Counted from the first letter of the stretch, positions 9,101 through 17,759 are shown. The stretch is 64,000 nucleotides of DNA from Chitinophagaceae bacterium (GCA_046593045.1 JBKJRY010000364.1:982-64981); one strand, 5' to 3'. Notes: generated by a model from the sequence alone, not told the origin. Numbers and translations: made by a program.

Positions 9101-10828
9101 TTGATGGCTGAACAATTATCACCAACAGAAAAAATCAAAACAGAAAGCAACGGGCTGCGTGGCACTATCGAAGAAAGTTTGTATGACGACCTAACTGGTG
9201 CCATCAGGGAAGATGACCAGTCTTTAATAAAATTTCATGGCATGTACCAGCAGGATGACCGGGACCGTCGTGATGAAAGAGCAGAAAAAAAACTTGAACG
9301 GCTATTTTCGTTTATGATCCGGCTTCGATTACCAGGTGGATTTTTAACATCCCGACAATGGGTCGCTGCTCATAATATTGCTGGTGAAAATTCGACAGGT
9401 GTTATTAAAATTACTACCAGGCAAACCATTCAGTTGCATGGACTTTATAAATCAAGATTGAAGCCAACCATACAGGCATTTAGCCAGGTGAAACTTGATT
9501 CCATAGCTACATGCGGAGATATCAACCGGAATGTGATGTGCAGTGCGCATCCCAAACAGTCAGCCATACACGGAGAAGTATTTGCTTATGCTGATAAGAT
9601 TAGCAGGATGCTTATGCCAAAAACAAAAGCTTATTATGAAATATGGCTTGAAGAAGAAAAAATATTAGATAGAAAAGATGAAGAAGATCCCTTGTACCAG
9701 GAAAGGTATATGCCAAGAAAATTTAAAATCGGTATTGCCATTCCACCCAATAATGATATAGATGTATTTACAAATGATATCGGGTTAATTGCTATTATTG
9801 AAGATGACAAATTGATGGGTTTTAATATTGCAATTGGAGGAGGCTTATCCACTACTCACGGAAACGACCAAACGTATGCACGCCTGGGAACAGTAATTGG
9901 TTTTGTCGATAGTGAAGAAAAAACCTTAAAAGCAATCTATGAAATACTCACTGTTCAAAGAGATTTCGGCAACCGCAGCGACAGGAAATTCGCCCGGCTT
10001 AAATACACTGTGGACAGGATTGGAGTTAACACTTTCAAAGAAGAAGTAGAAAAGCGGCTTGATTTTAAACTCGCAGAAGCAAAGCCTTTCACATTCACTG
10101 GCAGACATGATTATTATGGCTGGTATAAAAATGAACAAGGCAAATGGTATTACACACCATTCGTAGAAAACGGAAGGATACTCGATGATGAACAAGTGGC
10201 ATTAAAATCTGCCTTACTGGAAGTCGCTAAAACAGGCAAGGTGAATTTCCGGTTTACCGGTAATCAGAATGTCATTATAAGTGATGTTGCAGAAGAAGAT
10301 AAAGAAGCGGTAAATAGCATTTTAGAGGAATTCAAAATAATTGAACATACAGATAGCGCATCTGTAATACGTAAAAATTCCATAGCGTGTGTAGCTCTAC
10401 CAACCTGCCCGCTGGCACTTGCAGAAGCGCAGCGCTTTCTGCCTTCTTTAATTACAAAAATTGAAACCCTGCTTTCAAAACATAAACTGGAAAATGAAGA
10501 CATGATCATAAGAATGACGGGATGCCCGAATGGTTGTGCAAGATCTTATAATGCCGAGATTGGTTTTGTAGGAACAGCAATCGGCAGGTACAATATGCAT
10601 TTAGGTGGCGATCATGAAGGACTGCGCCTGAACAGGATGTATAAAGAGAGCCTTGATGAAACAGCTATACTTAATGAACTTGATGAATGGTTTGGCGAAT
10701 TCATAAAAGAAAGAACAGGGAATGAAAGATTCGGAGATTATTCTTTTAGAAAACTGGCACCGCCACAGGCTTCCGAAAAACCAGGAATGTCTCTCCAACA
10801 TAATGGGAATATTATAACGTCCGAATAA
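9101..10828 (+). CDS. cysI: Sulfite reductase [NADPH] hemoprotein beta-component
   Basis: 575 aa. Siroheme/Fe-S cysteine cluster (ACVALPTCPLA ... TGCPNGCARSY) and a nitrite/sulfite reductase repeat architecture. Confidence 0.9.
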   Translation: MMAEQLSPTEKIKTESNGLRGTIEESLYDDLTGAIREDDQSLIKFHGMYQQDDRDRRDERAEKKLERLFSFMIRLRLPGGFLTSRQWVAAHNIAGENSTGVIKITTRQTIQLHGLYKSRLKPTIQAFSQVKLDSIATCGDINRNVMCSAHPKQSAIHGEVFAYADKISRMLMPKTKAYYEIWLEEEKILDRKDEEDPLYQERYMPRKFKIGIAIPPNNDIDVFTNDIGLIAIIEDDKLMGFNIAIGGGLSTTHGNDQTYARLGTVIGFVDSEEKTLKAIYEILTVQRDFGNRSDRKFARLKYTVDRIGVNTFKEEVEKRLDFKLAEAKPFTFTGRHDYYGWYKNEQGKWYYTPFVENGRILDDEQVALKSALLEVAKTGKVNFRFTGNQNVIISDVAEEDKEAVNSILEEFKIIEHTDSASVIRKNSIACVALPTCPLALAEAQRFLPSLITKIETLLSKHKLENEDMIIRMTGCPNGCARSYNAEIGFVGTAIGRYNMHLGGDHEGLRLNRMYKESLDETAILNELDEWFGEFIKERTGNERFGDYSFRKLAPPQASEKPGMSLQHNGNIITSE

Positions 10829-10861
10829 ATCATAGTACTAACCTTTAAGCCGGCATAAAAA

Positions 10862-11599
10862 GTGATCACGAAAAGATATATCGCATTTATTATTGTGCTC
10901 GCCCCATTTGCATCAAAGGCACAGCATACAACAGAACATACTAACGTGCTTTGGGCAGGATATAGTAATATTATTCATTTTAATAAAAAGTGGTCCCTCG
11001 TGAGCGATGCCCAGGTGAGAACAAAAGACTGGACCAAAAAATGGTTACTGTATGATGTTCGTTCCAGTTTGAATTATAGTTTTAATGATCGTGTTTCAGT
11101 AGCAGGCGGCTTTGCCCTTTTCAGAAATGCACAATATATTGGAAAACAGTTTTTCTTTAAAAACGAATGGCGGCCATGGCAAGAACTTTCATGGCAGCTA
11201 AAATTTCATAAAATAATTTTGTTACAACGGCTAAGAACTGAACAACGATTTCTTCAGCAGGTGGTGAATAATAACAAGACTGGTGATTATAAATATATAT
11301 TCCGTTCACGTTATCGATTTGAATGGCAGTTTCCTCTAAAAGAAAAGGCAATAGTTTTATCGATTGGTGACGAAGTTTTTATTAACCCTGGTTATATAAG
11401 CAATTCACTTTTTTTTGATCAGAACAGAACTTTCTGTGGGATTAATTTCAAACTCAACAAAACAACAACTCTACAAAGCCATTTTCTCAAAGTATATCAA
11501 TGGCGTAGCAGTATATCTGTTCTTGAAGATCAAAATGTATTTCGTGTAAATATTAATCAGCAATTAAGTGGAAGAAAAAATCATGGATCAAAATCATAA
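10862..11599 (+). CDS. Secreted beta-rich protein, DUF2490-like putative outer-membrane protein
   Basis: 245 aa with a GTG start. Signal peptide MITKRYIAFIIVLAPFASKAQ, with an aromatic/alternating beta-strand pattern. The DUF2490 assignment is from memory only. Confidence 0.5.
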   Translation: MITKRYIAFIIVLAPFASKAQHTTEHTNVLWAGYSNIIHFNKKWSLVSDAQVRTKDWTKKWLLYDVRSSLNYSFNDRVSVAGGFALFRNAQYIGKQFFFKNEWRPWQELSWQLKFHKIILLQRLRTEQRFLQQVVNNNKTGDYKYIFRSRYRFEWQFPLKEKAIVLSIGDEVFINPGYISNSLFFDQNRTFCGINFKLNKTTTLQSHFLKVYQWRSSISVLEDQNVFRVNINQQLSGRKNHGSKS

Positions 11600-13136
11600 T
11601 TTTTTATTAATAGAAGAAAAAATAAGTTCCTTGATTGATGAAGGAAACAACCTGTTTCCTGTTTTCCTCAAGCTTGAAACACTTCGATTGTTAATAATTG
11701 GGGGTGGCAATGTGGCTTTGGAAAAATTAATGGCAGTCTCAGAAAATTCTCCCGCAACTTTGATTCATTTAGTTGGCATTAATGTGGACGATAAAATTTA
11801 CGAATTAGCAAAACAAAATACCAATGTTATTATTGAAGAGCGGCCGTATTCTATGGGTGATATCGAAGAAGCTGACATTATAATTGCGGCCGTGAATGAT
11901 ATTGCTACCAGCGAACAAATAAGAAGTGATGCACACCAAAAAAGCAAGCTGGTAAATGTTGCCGACAAACCGGAACTATGCGATTTCTACCTGAGTTCTA
12001 TTGTAAAAAAAGGTAATCTTAAAATTGCCATTTCCACAAACGGGAAATCGCCAACAATAGCCAAACGATTAAAAGAACAGATTAATGAACTGGTGCCTGA
12101 TGACATAGAGAAAGTTTTGCAAAACATGCATACCATACGTAAGGGACTGAATGGCGATTTTTCAGAAAAAGTAAAACACCTGAATGAAATCACCAAGGTG
12201 TTGGCAGCCAAGCAGATCATGCTTGAAGAAGCACAACAGCCGGGCACAAAACAATGGCAAAAAATAGTTAAGTGGTGCCTTTTTGCATTTTGTTTTATGA
12301 TATTGGGGCATGGCATATTATCCTATATTCCATTACATGGTATTATAGATGGTATAAAAACTATCCCTCAATACATTGACACAAAACCCTTCTTCATAAT
12401 GTTTTGTACCGGCTTCATAGCGCAGCTTGTTGACGGATCTCTAGGTATGGGCTATGGTACCATCTCTACAACTTTTCTTTTAGCCAATGGCGTTAACCCC
12501 GCAATAGTGAGCAGCAGGGTCCACTCGGCAAGAGTATTTTCGAGTGGGGTTTCAGGTTATAGTCATCACCGCTTCGGAAATATCAATAAAAAATTATTCA
12601 GGACACTTGTTGTGCCAGGTATTATTGGCGCAGTAATAGGTGCAACCCTTGCTTATTTTAGCCAGAAGTATGTCTCCTATATTAGAATACCACTTTCGAT
12701 ATATACTTTATACCTGGGTTATTTTATTTTACAAAAAGCATTTAAAAGAAAACAACTACCGGGGAAAATAAAAAAGGCCGGGTGGCTTGCCACAATTGGA
12801 GGGTTCATGGATTCTTATGCAGGTGGGGGATGGGGGACGCTTGTTACAAGTACACTTATATCGAAAAGAAAAAGTGCACGCTATGTAATTGGATCTGTTT
12901 GCCTTGCTGAGTTTTTTGTAGTGCTGGCAAGTTCAATTACATTTTTTATATTCTTAAAAAGCCTTCCTTTGATTGATATTGCCGGGCTGATAGTTGGCGG
13001 ATTGCTCGCAGCTCCCCTGGCAGCAAGGCTCGTAGGAAAAGTTCCGGTTAAAAAAATGTTCATCGCAATTGGTACATTGGTTATTTTAACCAGTTGTTTA
13101 ACACTTTGGAAAGTGGTTTCCCAGTTAATTTTTTAA
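11583..13136 (+). CDS. Fusion protein: siroheme synthase N-terminal module (precorrin-2 dehydrogenase/sirohydrochlorin ferrochelatase) + TauE/SafE (TSUP) anion-transporter membrane domain
   Basis: The ORF is open from the GTG at 11568; the ATG at 11583 is the likelier start. The N-terminal half has the Rossmann motif LLIIGGGNVALEKL and LVNVADKPELCDFYLSSIVKKGNLKIAISTNGKSPTIAKRLK (CysG-N signature). The C-terminal ~280 aa are polytopic, with LVDGSLGMGYGTIST and GGWGTL motifs typical of TauE/TSUP. Confidence 0.75.
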   Translation: MDQNHNFLLIEEKISSLIDEGNNLFPVFLKLETLRLLIIGGGNVALEKLMAVSENSPATLIHLVGINVDDKIYELAKQNTNVIIEERPYSMGDIEEADIIIAAVNDIATSEQIRSDAHQKSKLVNVADKPELCDFYLSSIVKKGNLKIAISTNGKSPTIAKRLKEQINELVPDDIEKVLQNMHTIRKGLNGDFSEKVKHLNEITKVLAAKQIMLEEAQQPGTKQWQKIVKWCLFAFCFMILGHGILSYIPLHGIIDGIKTIPQYIDTKPFFIMFCTGFIAQLVDGSLGMGYGTISTTFLLANGVNPAIVSSRVHSARVFSSGVSGYSHHRFGNINKKLFRTLVVPGIIGAVIGATLAYFSQKYVSYIRIPLSIYTLYLGYFILQKAFKRKQLPGKIKKAGWLATIGGFMDSYAGGGWGTLVTSTLISKRKSARYVIGSVCLAEFFVVLASSITFFIFLKSLPLIDIAGLIVGGLLAAPLAARLVGKVPVKKMFIAIGTLVILTSCLTLWKVVSQLIF

Positions 13137-13201
13137 AATATTGTTTTTTGAACCGCGCGATCGCAAAATATATCGGGTTTAATAAGTATGCAATAACAAA
13201 G

Positions 13202-13246
13202 AAAGGTTATTCAATAAAACGCAATAACCTTTGTAAAACTTTTTTA
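13202..13246. terminator. Hairpin between convergent genes (probable bidirectional intrinsic terminator)
   Basis: AAAGGTTATT (13202-13211) pairs with AATAACCTTT (13223-13232) around an 11-nt loop, and is followed by a T-run (..ACTTTTTT). Confidence 0.5.
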
Positions 13247-13296
13247 ATAATTTTTCTTCAGGAATTCAAATTTTTTAGTTTACAGCTATACCGTTT

Positions 13297-13533
13297 CTAT
13301 TTAGGAAAAGCTATATAACCTCCGCCTTTTGTACGGCCTTCCCTGACTTCATTATCAGCGTCTTTAGGTATTGGCAACCTATCTTCAGGCCATGCTATAT
13401 AACCTCCATCCTTGAAACGTTTCACCGGTTCACAATGTTTGCCGTTTCTGCTAATTGAATGGAACATACTGTTCATGTTGTTTTCGTTTGCCCCATCCCT
13501 ATTAATTTTATTTTTTTCAATAATATGTTTCAT
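13297..13533 (-). CDS. Small hydrophilic hypothetical protein with duplicated GGYIA[WF]P motif
   Basis: 78 aa. Contains ...KDGGYIAWPEDRLPIPKDADNEVREGRTKGGGYIAFPK. No signal peptide is evident. Confidence 0.45.
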   Translation of the reverse strand: MKHIIEKNKINRDGANENNMNSMFHSISRNGKHCEPVKRFKDGGYIAWPEDRLPIPKDADNEVREGRTKGGGYIAFPK

Positions 13534-13559
13534 AAAAAATTTATTTAAAAATTAATTAT

Positions 13560-14786
13560 CTATTTATTTTTCACTTTGCCGGCCAATATGGTGGTACCAA
13601 ATCCTAACACTGCTATCAGTGTAAATGACCATCGTAAATTAATTGCCTGGGAAATAAACCCGATAATTGGAGGGCCTATTAAAAATCCCAAAAAACCAAT
13701 GGTAGAAACTGCAGCAAGAGCATTGCTTGCAGCCATTGTGGTTGATCTGCCAGCTAAACCAAAAACGATTGGAACAACTGATGATACCCCGAATCCCACG
13801 AGGAAAAATCCCAAAGTAGCTGTCAACAGATATGGAAATATAACAGCAACCAATAATCCATTGGTTATTACTACTCCACTCATTTGCAGTATGCATTTTA
13901 CTCCAAATTTTGTCACAAGCGTGTCTCCAATGAATCTGCCTAAAGCCATTGTACTTGTAAACGCAACATAACCGAGCGTAGTATATGATGCAGGCACCTG
14001 TACTACTTTTTTAAAATAAACCCCACTCCAATCGGCCATCGCGCCTTCGCATAACATGCAGCAAAAAGCAATAATGCCTAATAGTAAAAGCCTGCTGTCT
14101 GGCTTTACAAATATGGGCCGTGACTTACTGCCAGCGGTATCGTGGGGCAATGCGTGTTTATAAGCCGTCAATACCAGGATTAGCGACAATACGCTGACTA
14201 TGGAAAAATGTACGAGCGGCGAAAGACCGGCTGATACGAAAAAAGTACCTATGAGTGCGCCACTAAAGCCTGCAATACTCCACAATCCATGGAACGATGC
14301 CATGATAGATTTTCCGTACAATGTCTCTACTCCCACGGCCTGCGTATTCATTGCAATATTTATCAAGTTTGCAAACAATCCAAATAAAAACAGTCCCATG
14401 ACCAGTTGAAAAGTAGTTGCTGCGAGTGCCAGTACAATTAGAGTCAACGGGTATAATAATGCTCCTGCTATAACTAATCGCCTGCTGCCAAAACGGGCCA
14501 CCAGCCAGCCAGATATTGGCAGGCTCAGCATTAATCCAACCGGAAGAGCGAATAATACTCCACCCAAACCAGCATCGCTTAATTGTAACTTAGCCTGTAT
14601 ATCGGGTATGCGACTCGCCCATGTAGCAAATGTTAGCCCTGCTACAAAGAAGAAAATGCATGTAGCGATACGATAAATGCGCAATAAAACAGCTTTATTT
14701 AAATATGTCCACCCTCCAGGTAAATCTCTATTTCTATAGCCCGGTACAAATGCAATTTGCTTTACCAGGTTTATATTCATGTTCAT
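13560..14786 (-). CDS. MFS transporter
   Basis: 408 aa, about 12 predicted hydrophobic helices, and an MFS-like loop motif (GWLVARFGSRR). Confidence 0.8.
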   Translation of the reverse strand: MNMNINLVKQIAFVPGYRNRDLPGGWTYLNKAVLLRIYRIATCIFFFVAGLTFATWASRIPDIQAKLQLSDAGLGGVLFALPVGLMLSLPISGWLVARFGSRRLVIAGALLYPLTLIVLALAATTFQLVMGLFLFGLFANLINIAMNTQAVGVETLYGKSIMASFHGLWSIAGFSGALIGTFFVSAGLSPLVHFSIVSVLSLILVLTAYKHALPHDTAGSKSRPIFVKPDSRLLLLGIIAFCCMLCEGAMADWSGVYFKKVVQVPASYTTLGYVAFTSTMALGRFIGDTLVTKFGVKCILQMSGVVITNGLLVAVIFPYLLTATLGFFLVGFGVSSVVPIVFGLAGRSTTMAASNALAAVSTIGFLGFLIGPPIIGFISQAINLRWSFTLIAVLGFGTTILAGKVKNK

Positions 14787-14826
14787 TATTATTTATTTTT
14801 TTGCAATTATTCTCTTTAAAAAGAAT

Positions 14827-14846
14827 GCCTGCTTACTTTAGCAGGC
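14827..14846 (-). terminator. Stem-loop downstream of the 97-aa ORF (candidate terminator)
   Basis: GCCTGCT-TACTTT-AGCAGGC. On the minus strand the stem is followed by ATTCTTTTT. Confidence 0.35.
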
Positions 14847-14946
14847 AATCGGTTTAGAGTTTTGACCGGATTTTTTAATTAAAACCTGGTATTATATTGC
14901 CTGAGCAATAGACTAATTTGTATTTTTAAATTTTAAAAAAGTATTA

Positions 14947-15240
14947 TCAAATAATTCTCACATTTTTTCCTGCCTGAACAGCCTCTCCAATCATATTTAA
15001 ATCAGCTTGCTTAGGATTTGACACAAGTATCAGTTCTATGGCAGCATCATTTATAATAGCGCTAATATCATCTACCAATTGAGCACCAGGATATTGCGAT
15101 GCTGCACTGTCTCCTGTCACTTTATTATTGATCATAATCTTTTTGACGATATATCCATCGGGATTATTATCTGAAGTAATCCTGGATATGCCACCTCCTG
15201 AACTACATTCAACCAATCCAATATTTTTATTTTTTTCCAT
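14947..15240 (-). pseudogene. Truncated Gfo/Idh/MocA-type oxidoreductase (N-terminal Rossmann part only)
   Basis: 97 aa. ...YPGAQLVDDISAIINDAAIELILVSNPKQADLNMIGEAVQAGKNVRII stops at the position of the family A-G-K-x-V-x-x-E-K-P motif. The usual ~230 further residues are absent. Confidence 0.45.
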
Positions 15241-15297
15241 TTTTTTATTTTTTTGTTTAGTTGCTTTTCAAAAATCGAAAACAAATTATCTAATTTT

Positions 15298-15313
15298 GTT
15301 TAATCGATTAAAC
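15298..15313. promoter_or_regulatory. Perfect 16-bp palindrome GTTTAATCGATTAAAC, candidate LacI-family operator
   Basis: CG-centred palindrome, as in LacI/GalR-family operators. It lies in the divergent promoter region between the 14947-15240 ORF/MFS and the LacI-family gene. Confidence 0.5.
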
Positions 15314-15444
15314 ACATCTTCTATAATAATGCCAAAAAACCCAAATAGTAACCCTCGGTGTCATAAAACACTGATTGTATGCCTATTAGGAAATGTTAAC
15401 TACATTCGAAATTCTAATATTGGAATCTTGCCGGAAATATTGTC

Positions 15445-16473
15445 ATGAAAAAGAAAGTCTCCTTAAAGGATATTGCTAGTAAAGCGGGAGTTTCTACCGC
15501 TTTAGTTTCTTATGTGCTCAACGACCAGAAATCAGGTAGAATAAGAAAGGAAGTGGCTATGAAAATCAAAGAAATCGCTCAAGAGCTGAACTACAGACCA
15601 AATCAAATCGCCAAAAGCCTGAAAACCAATAAAACATACACTATAGGTTTGATAGTTGCAGATATTTCAAATTCTTTTTTTTCAAACCTTGCCCGTATTA
15701 TTGAAGATGAAGCGGATAAATTTAAATACACTGTTATTTTTGGCAGTGCTGATGAAAATGCAGGCAAGTCATTTAGATTAATAAATGCCCTCCTCGACAG
15801 GCAGGTAGACGGTTTCATAATTGCCCCCGCTGAACATGCAGAATCTAATATTAATTATCTAAGGGAGCATGATATTCCATTCGTCTTAATCGACCGGTAT
15901 TTCCCAGGCGTTGAAACTAACTGGGTTTCTCTTGATAATTATAAAGCTTCCTACGCGGCAACCCGGCATCTCCTGGATGGAGGTAACATAAAGCCTGGGT
16001 TGATCACATACAACACTGATCTTTATAATTTGCAGGAAAGAAAAAGAGGTTATGAAGATGCGTTGAAGGATAACAACATCAAGCTCAACAAAAGCTGGAG
16101 CAAAGAAATATTTTTTGGAGAAGATATTAAACTACTGGTTGAAAAAGCAATAAGTGACCTTCTCTCCCTTCCAAAACCCATCGATTCTTTATTATTTACA
16201 TCTAATACACTTGCCTTGTATGGTTTAAAATTTATTAACGAAAAGAAAATAAAGATCCCAGACGAGCTTGCTTTGGTCACTTTTGACGAATTGGATGCAT
16301 CTGATTTGTTTTACGCCCCACTAACTTACCTCAAACAACCTATGCAGGAAATGGGCCAAATAGCAACTCGAATATTGTTGGAAAATATAGATAAAGAAAA
16401 AAAGATCAGGCAGGTAAATCTGGACGCTACTTTAGTTATACGCCAATCCACACTTGCCATCTTGCCAAAATAA
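15445..16473 (+). CDS. LacI-family transcriptional regulator
   Basis: 342 aa. N-terminal HTH (VSLKDIASKAGVSTALVSYVLN) plus a periplasmic-binding-protein-like sugar-binding domain. Confidence 0.9.
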   Translation: MKKKVSLKDIASKAGVSTALVSYVLNDQKSGRIRKEVAMKIKEIAQELNYRPNQIAKSLKTNKTYTIGLIVADISNSFFSNLARIIEDEADKFKYTVIFGSADENAGKSFRLINALLDRQVDGFIIAPAEHAESNINYLREHDIPFVLIDRYFPGVETNWVSLDNYKASYAATRHLLDGGNIKPGLITYNTDLYNLQERKRGYEDALKDNNIKLNKSWSKEIFFGEDIKLLVEKAISDLLSLPKPIDSLLFTSNTLALYGLKFINEKKIKIPDELALVTFDELDASDLFYAPLTYLKQPMQEMGQIATRILLENIDKEKKIRQVNLDATLVIRQSTLAILPK

Positions 16474-16510
16474 GCTATAAAGGACCTCGTGTATGCTTTT
16501 AATGATAGGA

Positions 16511-17410
16511 TTATTTCCAGCAGTAAGTGATGGGTGTTTCTTTATCTGCTACCCCTGCATAAGGAAGCTTGAACATATCCTCCAGTGTGCGAAGCACTGT
16601 AAAATGATTAATAACCGTTGAATAATCTCCTGTTTTTACATGCTGGCCGATAAATAGCGTTGAGATGTGATTATTATAATTTCCATCATCTTCATCAAAA
16701 GTTAAAATAAACAGGCTGTTGTGTGTGGCTGCCCAGGTAATATAATTCCCCAGATTATCCTTTACCCAGGTGTCTCCCTCTGCGATCGTCCCGTCATGCA
16801 TATCGTGCGAAAGGTTCGGCACCACATAGCTTACGGTAGGCAAATCTTTATAATCAGTAGGAAATGCCGTAAACGGTTGATTAGTAGCAGCAGGTATCTG
16901 GTTAGTATCAGTTCCAACCCAATTAACAGCGGGGTTATGTTTCCTGGCGTATCCGGCTACAGAACTATAACCATTATACCCAACAAAAGGCAGGCTCTCA
17001 GAATAAGTTGTAAAACTTTTTCCCGCAGTAATAAGTTGGCTACCCAAATTAGGCGTTGTAAAAAAGATAGAAGGTGTATTATTATCTGTTATTCCCTGGT
17101 TTGACCCGGAATACAAATCAAGGTAATTAGGTTGGCTTGGGTGCTCAATTGCATAAGAAGCAATAAAATTCGCACTGATAGGAACCAATGAGTTTATAAA
17201 TGGAGCATTAACCGAACCCACAATTCTTTCAGTTGGCTTGTTTTCTAAAATCAAAACCACAACATGATCATATTTTGGAAATAAACTGGGCGTATCGGTA
17301 ATTACAGGCGGAACATCGGCCACCTTCTGTTTCTGACAGTTAGTGAAAGTAAATAACACAGTTAAAATAAGAAGATATTTTAGCAACGAAGAAAGTTTTA
17401 AAGGGTACAA
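16511..17410 (-). CDS. Phosphoesterase-family protein (acid phosphatase/phospholipase C-like), lipoprotein
   Basis: 299 aa with a non-ATG (TTG) start. Lipobox-like LFTFTNC. Motifs HVVVLILENK, HPSQPNYL, VPNLSHDMHDG and FDEDDG are typical of the PF04185-type family. Confidence 0.7.
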   Translation of the reverse strand: MYPLKLSSLLKYLLILTVLFTFTNCQKQKVADVPPVITDTPSLFPKYDHVVVLILENKPTERIVGSVNAPFINSLVPISANFIASYAIEHPSQPNYLDLYSGSNQGITDNNTPSIFFTTPNLGSQLITAGKSFTTYSESLPFVGYNGYSSVAGYARKHNPAVNWVGTDTNQIPAATNQPFTAFPTDYKDLPTVSYVVPNLSHDMHDGTIAEGDTWVKDNLGNYITWAATHNSLFILTFDEDDGNYNNHISTLFIGQHVKTGDYSTVINHFTVLRTLEDMFKLPYAGVADKETPITYCWK

Positions 17411-17679
17411 AATACTACGGATTATTTACAGGTGATTTTTTATCAATTTACAATAAAAAAAATTAGAAACAAATATAAACAGGCAAATACAATACCACCA
17501 TTTTAACTACAGAGTGTACTATTAGAGCCAAAAAAAATCATTAGTCTCTAAACATGGGGTTTTTTAATTTTAAAGGAAGCCAAAATTATAATGTTTGTAA
17601 CTATAAAAATAACATGGCGCAAATAATATTAATTCAAAAAATAGTTTCTTTATCCCGCACATTTATTGTAGTAGACATT

Positions 17680-17687
17680 TAAGTTTG
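17680..17687 (+). promoter_or_regulatory. Candidate -7 promoter box TAAGTTTG
   Basis: Matches TAnnTTTG, 72 nt upstream of the ATG at 17760. The octamer is the same as in the ilv promoter candidate. Confidence 0.4.
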
Positions 17688-17706
17688 CTTTGTTCCAAAA
17701 GTCTGC

Positions 17707-17745
17707 ATGAAGTACATTTGCAAAAATATTTTTAACAAGGCCTGA
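17707..17745 (+). promoter_or_regulatory. 12-codon upstream ORF (MKYICKNIFNKA) in the 5' leader of the sulfhydrylase-family gene
   Basis: ATG at 17707 to TGA at 17743-17745. Its first 16 nt match 15/16 with nt 3296-3311 inside the cys leader ORF. Confidence 0.25.
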
Positions 17746-17759
17746 TAATTTGAAGTATT

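Noticed and set aside
13094-13318. A 74-aa plus-strand ORF in the convergent spacer. The ORFs at 60521-60754 and 60198-60458 are similar cases.
   Set aside because: They overlap a terminator hairpin or neighbouring real genes, are AT-rich and low-complexity, and have no motifs.
17411-17759. Looked for a SAM or other riboswitch upstream of the sulfhydrylase-family gene. I also looked in 2948-3420, upstream of cysH.
   Set aside because: No SAM-I-like conserved core was recognisable by eye, and the predicted 17760 leader is only ~70 nt. This cannot be excluded without a covariance-model scan (Rfam/Infernal).
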